Positions 23,190-34,635 of a stretch of 64,000 nucleotides of DNA are shown here, one piece after another (position 1 is the stretch's first letter; each line of letters begins with the position of its first letter). Under the pieces are notes generated by a model, which was given only the letters and a program-made list of their open reading frames with translations, did not search any database and was not told the DNA's origin. The stretch comes from Hemiscyllium ocellatum (Eukaryota): NCBI RefSeq assembly GCF_020745735.1, contig NC_083414.1, positions 28,582,001 to 28,646,000 on the forward strand, written 5' to 3'. The position numbers and the translations under genes are program-made.

Positions 23190-24295
23190 ATGTAGATAAA
23201 TGCATGGTATCACATTTTGATAAGACAAACCAGAGCAGTATTTACAGAGTTAATGGTAGGACCCTGGGAGTGTTGTCAAACAGAGAGACTTAGGGACAGG
23301 TACATAGTTCCTTGAAAGTCGGGCCACAGATAAATACGGTGGTGAAGAAGACATTTGGTATGCTTGCCTTATAGGATAAATAGACAAAGTCTCTTCCCTG
23401 GGCTGGGGGAGTCCAGAACTAGAGGGCATGGGTTTAGGGCGAGAAGGGAAAGATATGAAAGGGACCTAAGGGGCAACTTTTTCATGCAGAGGGTATTACG
23501 TGTATGGAATAAGCTGCCAGAGGAAGTGGTGGTAGCTAGTACAATTGCAACATTTAAAAGTCATCCGGATGGGTGTATGAATAGGAAGGGTTTGGAGAGA
23601 TATGGGCTGGGTGCTGGCAGATGGGACTAGATTGCGTTGGGATAGCTGGACAGCATAGATGAGTTGGACCAAAGTGTCTGTTTCCATGCTGGACATCTCT
23701 ATGACTCTAAGTAAGAAGAATTGAATAAAGGAATTAGGACATCATGTTAAGGCTGTACAAGGCATTGGTAAGCCAAATTGCAGTACTGCATATGATACTG
23801 GTTGCCCTGTTATAAGCATGATGTTATTAAACTGGAAAGGGTGCAAGAAAAGATTTACAAGGATATTACCAAGAAGGTCTAGGTTATAAGGAGAGGCTGA
23901 ACAGGCTGGTCTTTTTTTTCCCTAGGAGCGTAGGAGGTTGAGGGGTGGCCTTATAGATGTGCATAGATGGAGGGCATAGATAAGATGAATAGCCAAGGTC
24001 TTTTCCCCAGGGTGGGAAAGTCCAAAACTGGAGGGCATAGGTTTAAGGTGAGAGGGGAAAGATTTAAAAGAGACCTGAGGGCCAATGTTTTTATACAGAG
24101 AGTGGTGCTTATATGGAATGAGCTGCCAGAGGAGATGCTGGAAGTGAGTACAATTACAACATTTAGAAGACATGTACAGGAAAATGTTAGAGAGATATGG
24201 GCAAAACACAGGCAAATTGGACTAGCTGAGTTTACTGAAGCCTGGCCAGCATGGCCGAGTTGGTATGAAGGGCCTGTTTCCATGCTTAATGCCTC
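23190..24295 (+). mobile_element. two nested CR1 3' fragments (inner copy 23371-23708)
   Basis: the outer copy breaks after atgcttgcctt and resumes near 23710; both copies encode the ..GHxF..RG..NxFxQRV..WNxLP terminus. Confidence 0.8.
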
Positions 24296-24984
24296 AGTCT
24301 ACTTAATAGTGCAAACATATGTATTTGATAAGTTGTCTCTTTGAGTGCATGTTGTGAAAGCCCTAACACTTTATAAAATCACTGGTTTGAGCTCAGTTAG
24401 AAAATTGTATCAAATTTTGAGCACTGTGCTTTAGAAAGGACATCAAGCACTGGGTTGAGTAGAATGGTACCAGGGATAGGGAGTTTCACTAATCTGGGGA
24501 GATTACAAAAGCTGGATTGTTTTGAGTTGAACAGAGAAGGTGTAAGCAGAGAAGATTAATGGGAATGTTGGTGGGGGTGATCAAAATTGTGAGGGATTTT
24601 GATGGGACAGACAATGAGAAACTGTAATCACTAACCAGAGCTGTAATTTGAGCACAGATTTAAAATAATTGGCAAAATAAAATCCAATGGGAAACAAGAC
24701 TTTTTTTTGTAAAATGTCAGTGATATATGATTCCAATGTAGTTCATAAAGGTTGGTAGAAAAGTTGGTGGAAGTAGATTCAGAACTTTTGTACTGAACAT
24801 CTGTACTTTTCAGAAGTCTCTACTTAATTAGGTAGACTTTATAGGGCTGTATGAAAGGAGCATTGATGTTGTTTCAGACAGTTGGCACAGGCTCCATCAG
24901 CACCAAATGAATCTATAACATTTTGAAATACTTTCAGATCTCTACTTACCCATATGGTCTTAGTCATCATTTTTTATGTATCCA

Positions 24985-26785
24985 TAAGACCATAACACAT
25001 AGGAGCAGATATTAGGCCCTTCAGCCCATTGAGTCTGCTCTGCCATTCGATCATGGCTGATATGTTTCTCAATCCCATTCTCCCACTTGCTCCCCATAAC
25101 CCTTGATCCCCTTTAGATTAGATTACTTACAGTGTAGAAACAGGCCCTTTGGCCCAACAAGTCCACACCGACCCGCCGAAGCGTAACCTACCCAGACCCA
25201 TTCCCCTACATTAATCCCTTCACCTAACACTAGGGGCAATTTATCATGGGCAATTTACCTAACTTGCACATTTTTGGATTGTGGGAGGAAACCTGAGCAC
25301 CCGAAGGAAACTCACGCAGACACAGGAGAATGTGCAAACTCCACATAGAGAGTCACCTGAGGTGGGAATTGAACCCGGGACTCTGGTGCTGTGAGGCAGT
25401 AGTGCTAACCACTGTGCCACCGTACCATACCATCACGAATCTGTCATTCTCCTCTACAACCTTCTGTGGCAATGAATTCCATAGATTCACGACTCTCTGG
25501 CTGAGGACATTCCTCCTTATCTCCGTGCTAAAAGGTCTTCTGTTTACTATAAGGCTGTGCCCTTGGGCCCGAGTCTCTCTTACCACTGGAAACATCTTCC
25601 CAACATCCATTCTGTCCAGCTCATTCAGTATTCTGTAAGTTTCAATTAGATCCCCCCTCATCCATCTAAACTCCATTGAATATATACCCAGAGTCCTCAA
25701 ACATTCCTCATACGTTAAGCTTTTCATTCCTCGCACCATTCTTGTGAACATCTTCTGAACACACTCCAGTGCCAGTATATGGGGCCCAAAACTGCATACA
25801 ATGCTTGAAATGTGATTTGACCAGAGCCTTATCGAGCCTCAGAAGTACATCCCTGCTTTTATATTGAAGTCCTCTCAAAATAAATGCCATTTGCTTCCCT
25901 AACTACTGACACAGTAGAGAGAGAATCCTGGACTAGAACTCCCAAGTCTCTTTGCACTTCAGACTTCTGAATTTTCTCCCCATTCAGAAAACAGTCCATC
26001 CTTCTATTCTTCCTACCAAAGTGCATGACCTCACACTTTCCCACATTGTACTCCATCTGCCACTTCTTTACCCACCCTCCTAACCTATCCAAATCCTTCT
26101 GTAGCCTCTCCACCTCCTCAGTGCTACCTGTCCCTCTACCTACCTTTGTATCATCTATAAACTTAGCCAGAATGGCCTCAATTCCCTCATCTAGATCGTT
26201 AATGTTTCAAGTGAAAATCTGTGGTCCCAACACTGAGAAGGACCTTTTGATCTCCACTCTTTGTTGTCTGCTGGACAGCCAAGCTTCTATCCATGCTAGC
26301 ATTTTGCCTTCAATACCCTGGGCACTTACCTTACTCAGTAGCCTTCTGTGTGGCACCTTGTCAAAGGCCTTCTTGAAGTCCAAGGAGATAACATCCATAG
26401 GTTCTCCTTGATCTAATCTGCTCATTACTTCCTCAAAGAATTCTAGCAGATTTGCCAGGCATGACCTACCCTTGACGAAACCATGCTGACTCTGCGCTAT
26501 TTTACCATCCACTTCCAAGTATTCAGAAATCTCATCGTTCATGATGGATTCCAGGATCTACCCACGACCATAGTTAAGCTAATTGGTCTGTAATTTTCCA
26601 ACTTCTGCCTTACTTCCTTTTCAAACAAGGGTGTCACATTAGCAATTTTCCAGTCCTCTGGCTCCCTCCCTGATTCCTGAAAGATTACCACTAATGCCTC
26701 TGCCTTCAGCTATCTCCCTTAGCACTCTGGGGTGTAGTCCACCTGGACAACGTAATTTATCCACCTTTAAGCCATTCAGTTTTTG
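24985..26785 (-). mobile_element. CR1 LINE RT-to-3' fragment containing a nested SINE
   Basis: minus ORFs SQHGFVKGRSCLANLLEFFEEV, LDFKKAFDKVPHRRL, LQKDLDRLGGWVKKWQMEYNVGKC, RGDLIETY. Confidence 0.9.
25113..25422 (-). mobile_element. HE1-type V-SINE inserted in CR1
   Basis: reverse complement of the 9108 element: ttagattag tail, V-domain, B and A boxes. Confidence 0.9.
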
Positions 26786-27093
26786 TTATCCAGGTTTTGT
26801 AACAAAATAAGCAGCTTGTAAAGAGAAAATGCAACGGGTGACTAATTTGGTTTGGGTTTACTTTGCACTTGATCAAGCAGTCTGAGGTCATAACCATACA
26901 AGTTTAATTATGTTCTTCAGTCTGTTTTATGATACTGTATAATAGTAACAAAGGTTCCTGATTCTGCAATGCTTTTCCAACTCTTGCACACATTATCCTA
27001 AGTATCTGCATTGCAGACTTTTTAACTTCTACAGGAGGAAACTGTATTCTTGTTTCATTATGTGCATTAAATTAGTTGGCATTCTCTTCTCAG

Positions 27094-27451
27094 GCGCTGT
27101 GAACGCATGATGTGTCCCAACTACATGGATTGCCAGAATATGCCAGTCAGAATCACCTACTATCAGCTGACGTTTTCAACCAATGTCCAAGTTCCAAGCA
27201 CCATTTTCCGGATTGCTCCATCACCTGTGTATATAGGAGATAGCATTATCCTGACCATCACGAAAGGAAATAACGAAAATTACTTCAATACACGGAAGGT
27301 GAATGCTTATACTGGGATTGTGTATGTGCAGCGGCAGTTCATGGAATCCAAAGATTTTCTACTTGATGTTGAAATGAAACTCTGGCGTCAGGGAATGTTC
27401 ACTTCATTCCTTGCTAAAATTTATGTATTTGTTGCAGCTTATCCTTTCTAA
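27094..27451 (+). CDS. FBLN2: fibulin-2 terminal coding exon (fibulin C-terminal domain III)
   Basis: ctcttctcag|g phase 2; RCERMMCPNYMDCQNMPVRITYYQL..NAYTGIVYVQR..DFLLDVEMKLWRQG..AAYPF*. NAYTG and DVEMKLWRQG are, from recall, diagnostic of fibulin-2 rather than fibulin-1C. Confidence 0.95.
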
Positions 27452-28760
27452 AGCAATCACTGCGTCTGTTGTAAATACTATAACTTTATGGCTCGACACT
27501 AATATGCCCACAAGGCCAATATACATATTGGGAGGACTTTTGCGTTCGAAGTCCATGGAAGTGAAGCTCTAGCAACCAGATCAATATTATCTGTTACACA
27601 TTCATCCAAAGTCAAATTCCAATGAATCTAAAGTCAGCGTTGAAATTTTACTCACTGTATGTTTCATTCCTGTCAACCAAATGATATAATTGTATTTGTA
27701 AAGTGATTTTATCAAACTGTGTCTATGTGTGGAGCACAGCCTATCTGAATCACATCACTAGCTCCATGGGTGCCTAGCCATTATGGTAAATGGGATAAGT
27801 CTTACAGTAGAGGTTTCACAATCCTATGTATATTAATTTTAAATTCTTTACCAAGATAATTATTAAAAGTGGCATATTTTAAACAAAACACATTGAAATG
27901 AGTCATCATCTGTGTGGGGGCCTAGCATGACAAATAAAAGTATCTCTTCCAACACCATTAAAAAAAGGAAAAAGGGCATTTTTGATAAAGACTATGGCTA
28001 TGAAAGTATCTTGGGCTGCAGGGCAAAACAGCAAAAGTAGTGGGTGCCTGTATTAGGAGGGACTCAAAACAGGTTGCTAATTTGCTGCTGCACTATTGAC
28101 CAAAATAACTGTTAATCTTAATGTTTCTGAGGTGGCACCTGCAAGGAGGATGTGTTCATGTGGAATTATCTCCTAAGGCCTTAAGTTCATTGACTGGTTA
28201 CATACCCTACATGGCTTTAGTAGCTGAATTCAATTTCTTTTTATACTATTCTAGGCAACTGTAATTTTAAATAGATTTCTGGTCTTCAAGGGGCTTTAGA
28301 ACTTATTGTACTGCAGATCACGTAAAGATGTTGAAATAAATTGGCTGTGCAAGTATCAGTAACATTTTGCACAAAACCACAATGTTTCAATGAAAATATA
28401 AACTGGAATGGATTTGGATTTTCATTTTACTAAAACTAGCTTTATAAAATAACCATGATTCTGGTGCTATAAAAAATGTTTTCTTGTCTCAGCCATTGTT
28501 TCATGCCTTATTAAGCACAGCTAATATTTACTTAAAATGTACAGCAAATCTAAAAGCTAAAATGTTTACACATTTTTGAAATATGTAATTTTGGAACTTG
28601 AGACTGTTTGTTGTCATATGAAAGTTTGTCTGTGTTGCTAACCCTCAAAGGGTTAAACATGTTGCCACCGTTAGCCATGTAGACATGTAATGACCTTTTA
28701 ATAAACAGGGACATAGATTTCAAATATAAAATAAAGTGAGTCTTTATATAAATGTTTATG
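27452..28760 (+). other. FBLN2: probable FBLN2 3' UTR
   Basis: AT-rich, no recognisable repeats, ends at paired AATAAA signals followed by a T-rich tract; the end is inferred. Confidence 0.6.
28700..28735 (+). terminator. polyadenylation signals AATAAA at 28700-28705 and 28730-28735
   Basis: upstream TGTA motifs, downstream T/GT-rich sequence. Confidence 0.6.
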
Positions 28761-29574
28761 ATTTTTATTAATATTTTCCACAGTTCTCTATAGATCCCAT
28801 GGTCTACACAATCTTTGATGTTTGCAGATTTAAAACATGTTCACAATGGCAGGAGGTGTGTGAGTCACATTCCATGGTGAAAGTGACTAATGCCATATTT
28901 GTAAAGGCTCCTCTATAGGTATTCAGATCTCATGCTTGAAACAGGTACATGCAAATAGAGAGTGTCACTCTCGTTCAAGGCCACCTTCCCAAATTACCTT
29001 GAATGTCCCCAGCAAAGGTCTTACTACATGTGGTCTAACCAATAACTCTAGGGCATTGCCAGAAAGGAAAGCTTCCAAAAAAAATTAAATAAGGGACAAT
29101 CCACATTAACTCTCTGTTGTCAGCTCTTGCCCAGCCTCCCACAAATCACCTACAGCTCCTGTTTCAAGATCTGAAGGTTGCTGACATGGAGACATGGAAT
29201 CGGAATAGTATGACAGTAAAACATTCAAGTATTTCTCCAGGTTAGTCAGGCATAAGAGTTCATTAGGATGACATGTCTGATACAGATCTTGCTATCACCT
29301 CAACCATTTGATAATGTGAAGGCCCACAGTGAGGCTGGCATGGGAACTTGGAAGAAGTAGTTGCAATGCAGGTTTACAGCAGAAAAGGGAGGAACAGCAC
29401 AATTGAGTAAGCACACTTTTATACACTGTAAGTCGAATAGCCAATGATGTTCTGGTATGCTAAAACAGGAAGGACAGCACTACTCTTGAGAGCAGCAGTG
29501 GATTAAGCAAAAAGTAGGATCTTATTGTAAAAGAAGTAAAGTCTAATTTTATAGCCTTAACGGTATACTACTTA

Positions 29575-29728
29575 TATCTGTAATGTAGTGTAACATTTTT
29601 CTTTATTTTCTCCTTTTTTTGTACCTAAGATGGTGCCATGTGTTAGCAACATTGCAGACCTTTCACTATACTCCTGTTCTTTTGTAACTTAACTACACGT
29701 GACAATAAACATAATTCTGAATCTAACT
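29575..29728 (+). mobile_element. unclassified retroelement 3' end; related copy on the minus strand at about 46770-46875
   Basis: shared tacctaagatgg..tttcactrtactc..acaygtgrcaataaa. Confidence 0.5.
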
Positions 29729-29729
29729 C

Positions 29730-31662
29730 AAACTACACTAACTAGCAACTGAAGGAAAACTGTGAGAAATTTATGCAACTCAAAAATTGGATGAGTGCAT
29801 TACAGTCAAACAGCTCCTGACTGAAAGGATGATCACAATATTATCCAGCAGATCAAATGCTGAAAAGGTATCACGATCAGGAACAACTTGACAATAGTGG
29901 AAAATTTATGTTCCCAGAATGCTACAGAAACTCCCTGTAGTACATTTAGGTATCACAAAGTGTAGAGCAAGGGCATAGCAATCAGTGTGACGGCCGGGTA
30001 GTTCAAAAGATATACAGGATTGCATTTTGTCATATAAATTGTGTACCATATACAACTAAATGCTTACAGAGCCAATGAATTCAAGATTTTGAAAAAACAA
30101 CCTCAGAAATCACACGTCACCAGGTTATAGTCCAACTGGTTTATTTGAAATCACAAGCTTCTGAAGCATAGCCCCTTTGCCAAGTGAAGTCACTTCAACC
30201 GACAAAGGGGCTTTGCTCAGAAAGCTTATGATTTCAAATTAAGCTGTTACACTAGAACCACATGTCATGTGACTTCTGACATTGTCAATCCCAATTCAAC
30301 ACCAGCACCTCCATGTCTTTGAAAGAAAAGGGAAGCAATCAATTTACTCCACTATAAAGAGAGGTATTTACTCCTGGTTGGCAAGTAATTAAGATGATTA
30401 AAGCAGCAAGACTTCATTCAAGTACAGTAGATTCACGATTGGAGCATTGAAAAGGAGCTTTTGATATATGGTTTTACCAGAAGAATTACTATCAGACAAC
30501 TGTTCTTAGTTTAGGAAAAGGAATTCAGGAGATGTTCATGTTCAGAGGCAGGTGTCAAATAGCTGACAGGGTTCTCCATTTCATTTTCAGTTGAACAGAG
30601 AAGCAGAAAGAGTAGTCAAGACTGTGAAGCCACTAATACATAAGATTTCAGCTGGAAATTAGTTGTGTTCACGTACAGAGCAACACTGTTGAATAATGGG
30701 TGCATGCCAGCAGCATTATCAATGGGGGGGGTAGGTTAAAAACAGTTTTACACTTTAGTAATGAAGTTTCAAATCAAATGTAACCTATAACCTCTCAACA
30801 CAGCAAAAGGTGAAATAACTAAAAAAAAGTTAACTGTAGCAGAGCTGGTTGTAACTCTAGATACATCGTAAAAATTCTATCAACCTTAAAGCCAGGGCAG
30901 AAAGACTGGTGATTGTATAGCAAATTAGAAGTCACAATTATCAGACAAATGGATCAACTGAGATCTTGTCAGAATGCCAGCAGGAACATTTTAGGAGGAA
31001 CAGGAAGGCCTTGATAACCCTTGAGTTGGTATAATCTTCATGGAATTGGGGCAGTTGTATCTGCACTACATCAGACAAAGTGTAGAGTGGTACAATTGTT
31101 CCAGCGATGGTACAACAGTATTAACCTTGTGTTGGACTCAAGCGGACCTGACTGAGATGCCCAGAGTTCCAGATCATCTTGACCTGTGAGAATTCCAATT
31201 TGGATGAAGGGGGGAGATGGTAATAATGGTGATAACAGTGATCATTATCATTATAATGTTAATCAGTTCAAAGACTATGCAAATAAGTCAAATTAAGCTA
31301 CTGGAAAATGTAGACCAATTGGAAAGAACTTGGTAGGAGATGCAGAATAATGAGGTCTGTGTAAAAAAATTCCAAGATAACTGAATAAATTACTCTGACA
31401 GTAGTAAGAGAGAAAACACCAGTGTAGAATAAGCATGTGAAGGGAAAAGATTATCATATACACCTCTCTGGAGTATAGTCTATGTATAGGTGGATATAAA
31501 AGAGTGTTACAGCACATCAGTGGTTGAAGAGCCTGATTTAGAGAAATGAAGCATGCGACCTCGCAGACAGTGTAAGGGCAAACATCCACAACCTGAAACA
31601 ATCTGGATTGATTTCACAATGTTCAGGCAGCAGAAGGTAAAGCATTCACTTTGTTCACTACA
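29730..31662 (+). mobile_element. decayed Ty3/Gypsy LTR retrotransposon: integrase, PPT and probable 3' LTR
   Basis: HLGITKCRARA*QSV*RPG integrase Zn-domain near 29943-30000; EAERVVKTVK near 30600; PPT gaaggggggaga at 31206-31217 followed by TG; LTR end (actaca, 31662) tentative. Confidence 0.7.
30103..30317 (+). mobile_element. fold-back PLE-derived mini-element (family C), old
   Basis: inverted arms span 30103-30279 (tttgaaatcacaagctt vs aagcttatgatttcaaa), tail 30280-30317, degenerate hammerhead ccgacaaaggggctttgctcagaaagctt. Confidence 0.7.
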
Positions 31663-32475
31663 TGAAAATTATATTAATGTATAAGTTGCAAAGAAAAATT
31701 GCATTGCAACCAATACTACATCTTCAGCACTGTGACCTATTGTGGTTTACCTTTTATGCAGATAGTTTAAGTTTGCAAATATGTTCTAAAAACACTTCTA
31801 TGTGGCCTACCCAAATCTTGATCTCGATCTGCCTGATCGAGACCCCAAACTCAATTGCTTCCTCGAAGCTCCAGGTTCTCCCTGCATGTTCCCAAACCCC
31901 AAAGTTCTCTCTTTTTAATTTCGCATGGGACATGGGATTGCTAGCTGGTCAACATTAGTTGCATGAACAGGCGAAGAAACTGATGCCTTGAAGAAGCTGT
32001 CCAAGCAGCAACTGCCACTGGTTTGATCTTCAGAAGTATGTATTTAAACAGTTGCTTGAAACTCTCAGACTAGTTATGCTTTCATCAGAAATGCATTGCT
32101 TATACATGCACTTACGTAGACCAAATCAAACCACACATTTAGTAAATATTTCAGAGAAACAGTGAGCAGCTGTTACCACTTTATGGAATAAATTTAAGAA
32201 CATCCAAACATAAGAAATAGGAGAAGGAGGGAAAACCCAAAGTTCTACACTTACGTGAGGAATAAGAGAATGATCAGAGAGAGGGTAGGGCCGATTAGGG
32301 ATAGTGGAGAGAACTTGCGCTTGGAGTCTGAAGAGGTAGGGAAGGCCCTAAATGAGTTTTTTGCTTCAGTATTCACTACAGAGAGGGACCAAGTTAATAA
32401 ACTTCATCACATGGATATTAATAAACTGGATGTGCTGGAAATTCTGGGAAGCATCAAGATAGATAGGATCCCAGG

Positions 32476-33238
32476 GCTAGCTGTCAAGGTGCTGCCTCTT
32501 CATCAGGTGGTTGTGGAACAGGATGATAAGACACAGAATTTATAGCAAAAGGGCACAGTGTCATGGAGCTGTAATGATATAAAACAAATTTAGATTAAGT
32601 CCTTCATCTTTTAGAATGGGATATACTAGTTTCGATTCTTTAAAATGTAACTTCCAGAACTCCTTTTAAGTTACATTCTCAAATTGGCTTCAGCTTTTCT
32701 CACAACAGGTGTCATTTCAGCTCAGACAATGCAATTAAGGTGTGAGGTTAAAGTCTGTGTTCCAATGTTGAGTCAGATTGGTTTGATTTCTAAAGTGGGA
32801 CTTACGGAATCTTACATGGATTTATGCAGTTTTTGAGCAAAATGAAATATAATTCTGCAAATACAAATTCACCCTTTAAACCTATTTGTGAGCAGGCAGG
32901 AGAGACAAAGTGAGTGTGTGTGTGTATAAGCTTGGTGAAGTATGTGTGTGATTGTGATGGGGTAAAAGCCTGTGAGAGGGTGCGTGCGTGGGTGTGAGTG
33001 TGGGAGGTGCATGTGTGCGTATGAGAAAGAGCTTGTTTCTGAGAGAGGGTCTGTGTGAGTGTGAGAGTATGTAAGTGTGTGTGTATGTGAGAGAGAGAGA
33101 GAGAGAGAGGGAGAGAAAGAGTGTATAGTACAGTGGGGTCACCTGTAGTGTGACATGAACCCAAGGTGACGGTTGATGCCATCCCTATAGCTATTGAACT
33201 TGGCTATCAACCTCTGCTTGACCACTTTGTGTTATTGC
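32476..33238 (-). mobile_element. PLE family C (Neptune-like) 3' end: ORF C-terminus, microsatellite-rich UTR, degenerate hammerhead
   Basis: minus frame KVVKQRLIAKFNSYRDGINRHLGFMSHYR* (stop at 33139-33141) resembles the GIY-YIG C-terminal GLN motif; minus ccacctgatgaagaggcagcaccttgacagcta near 32480-32515. Confidence 0.7.
32905..33125. repeat. imperfect (GT)n/(GA)n microsatellite
   Basis: visible dinucleotide runs. Confidence 0.9.
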
Positions 33239-33783
33239 TGCAGCTCTATAAAACCCTGGGTAGACCACACTTGGAATATTGTGTCCAGTTCTGGTCACCT
33301 CATTATAGGAAGAACGTAGATGCTGAGAAAGGGTTTAGAGAAGGTTTCTCAGGATGCTGCCTGGATTGGAGGTCTTGTCTGATGAAGAGAGGTTGGGTGA
33401 GCTAGGGCTTTTCACACTGGAGAGAAGAAGGAAAAGAGATGACGTGATAGAGGTGTATAATGTAATGAGAAGCATAGATAAAGTACATAACCAGAGACCT
33501 TTTCCCAGGCTAGAAATGACTGTCACAAGGGATCAAAATTTTAAGGTGATTGGAGCAAGGTATAGGCAGAGGTAGAGTCTTTACACAGAGAGTGTAGGTG
33601 CATGGAATGCACTGCCAGCAGTGGTAGTAGAGTAAGAGACATTTGGGATATCTAAGCGACTGCACATGGACCGCAGTAAATCGAGGGATATGTAGGCTAG
33701 GTTGATCTTAGATTAAGATAAATGTTTGACACAGCACTGGGCTGATGGGCCTGTACTGTGCTGTACTGATCTTTGTTCTATGA

Positions 33784-34635
33784 GGAGGTCATTTGGTCCA
33801 TTGAGCCTGCTCCAGCATTCAATAAAATTATGGCTGATCTTTCCCTGGACTCAACTCCACTTACCTGCCCGCTCACTATAACCCTTAATTCATGTGTTGT
33901 TCAAAAGTCGAACTATCTTTGCCTTAAAAACATTCAATCAGGTAGCCTCAACTGCTTCATTGGGCAGGGAATTCCACAGATTCACAACCCTGTTGGTGAA
34001 ATTCCTCCTCAACTCAGTCTTAAATCTGCTCTCTCTCATTTTAAGGCTATGTCCCTTAGTTCTAGTTTCACCTGCCAGTGGAAACAACCTCTCTTCTATT
34101 TTATCTATTCCTTTCATAATTTTATAACATACACCCTCATTCTTCTACCAACCAATGGACAAAGTCATAGTCTATTCAATCTCCTCATAAGCCAACCCTC
34201 TCAACTCCCGAATCCACCTAGTGAACCTCCTCTGCATCTCTCCAATGCCGGTTCATCCATTCTCAAGGAGACCAAAACTGTACCCAGTACTCCAGGTGTG
34301 GCCTCACCAACACCCTAAACAGCTGCAGCATAACCTCCCTTTAAAACTCTATCCCTCTTGCAATGAGGGACAGTATTCTATTTGCTTTCTTAATTACCTA
34401 CTACAACAGCAAATAACTTTTTGTGATTCATGTGCAAGGATACCCAGGTCCCTCTGCATAACAGCATGCTGCAATTTTTCACCATTTAAATAGTAGTCCA
34501 TTTTGCTGTTATTCCTACCAAAATGGGTGACATCACATATATTAATACTGTACTCAATCTGCCAGCGCTTGCCCATTCACTTAATCTATCTATATCCCTC
34601 TGCAGACTTGCAGTGTCCTCTGCACAATTTGCTCT
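33784..34635 (-). mobile_element. CR1 LINE 3' fragment, tail-to-tail with the preceding copy
   Basis: minus WQIEYSINIC..YYLNGEKLQ..QRDLG. Confidence 0.85.

Larger units (their letters stand above)
32230..33783 (+). mobile_element. CR1 fragments flanking a PLE insert
   Basis: GPIRDSGENL..ALNEFFASVFT (32255-32475); LYKTLGRPHLEYCVQFWSP onward from about 33237. Confidence 0.8.

Noticed and set aside
32802-33182. His/Thr-rich ORFs
   Set aside because: Translation of (CA)n/(CT)n microsatellite
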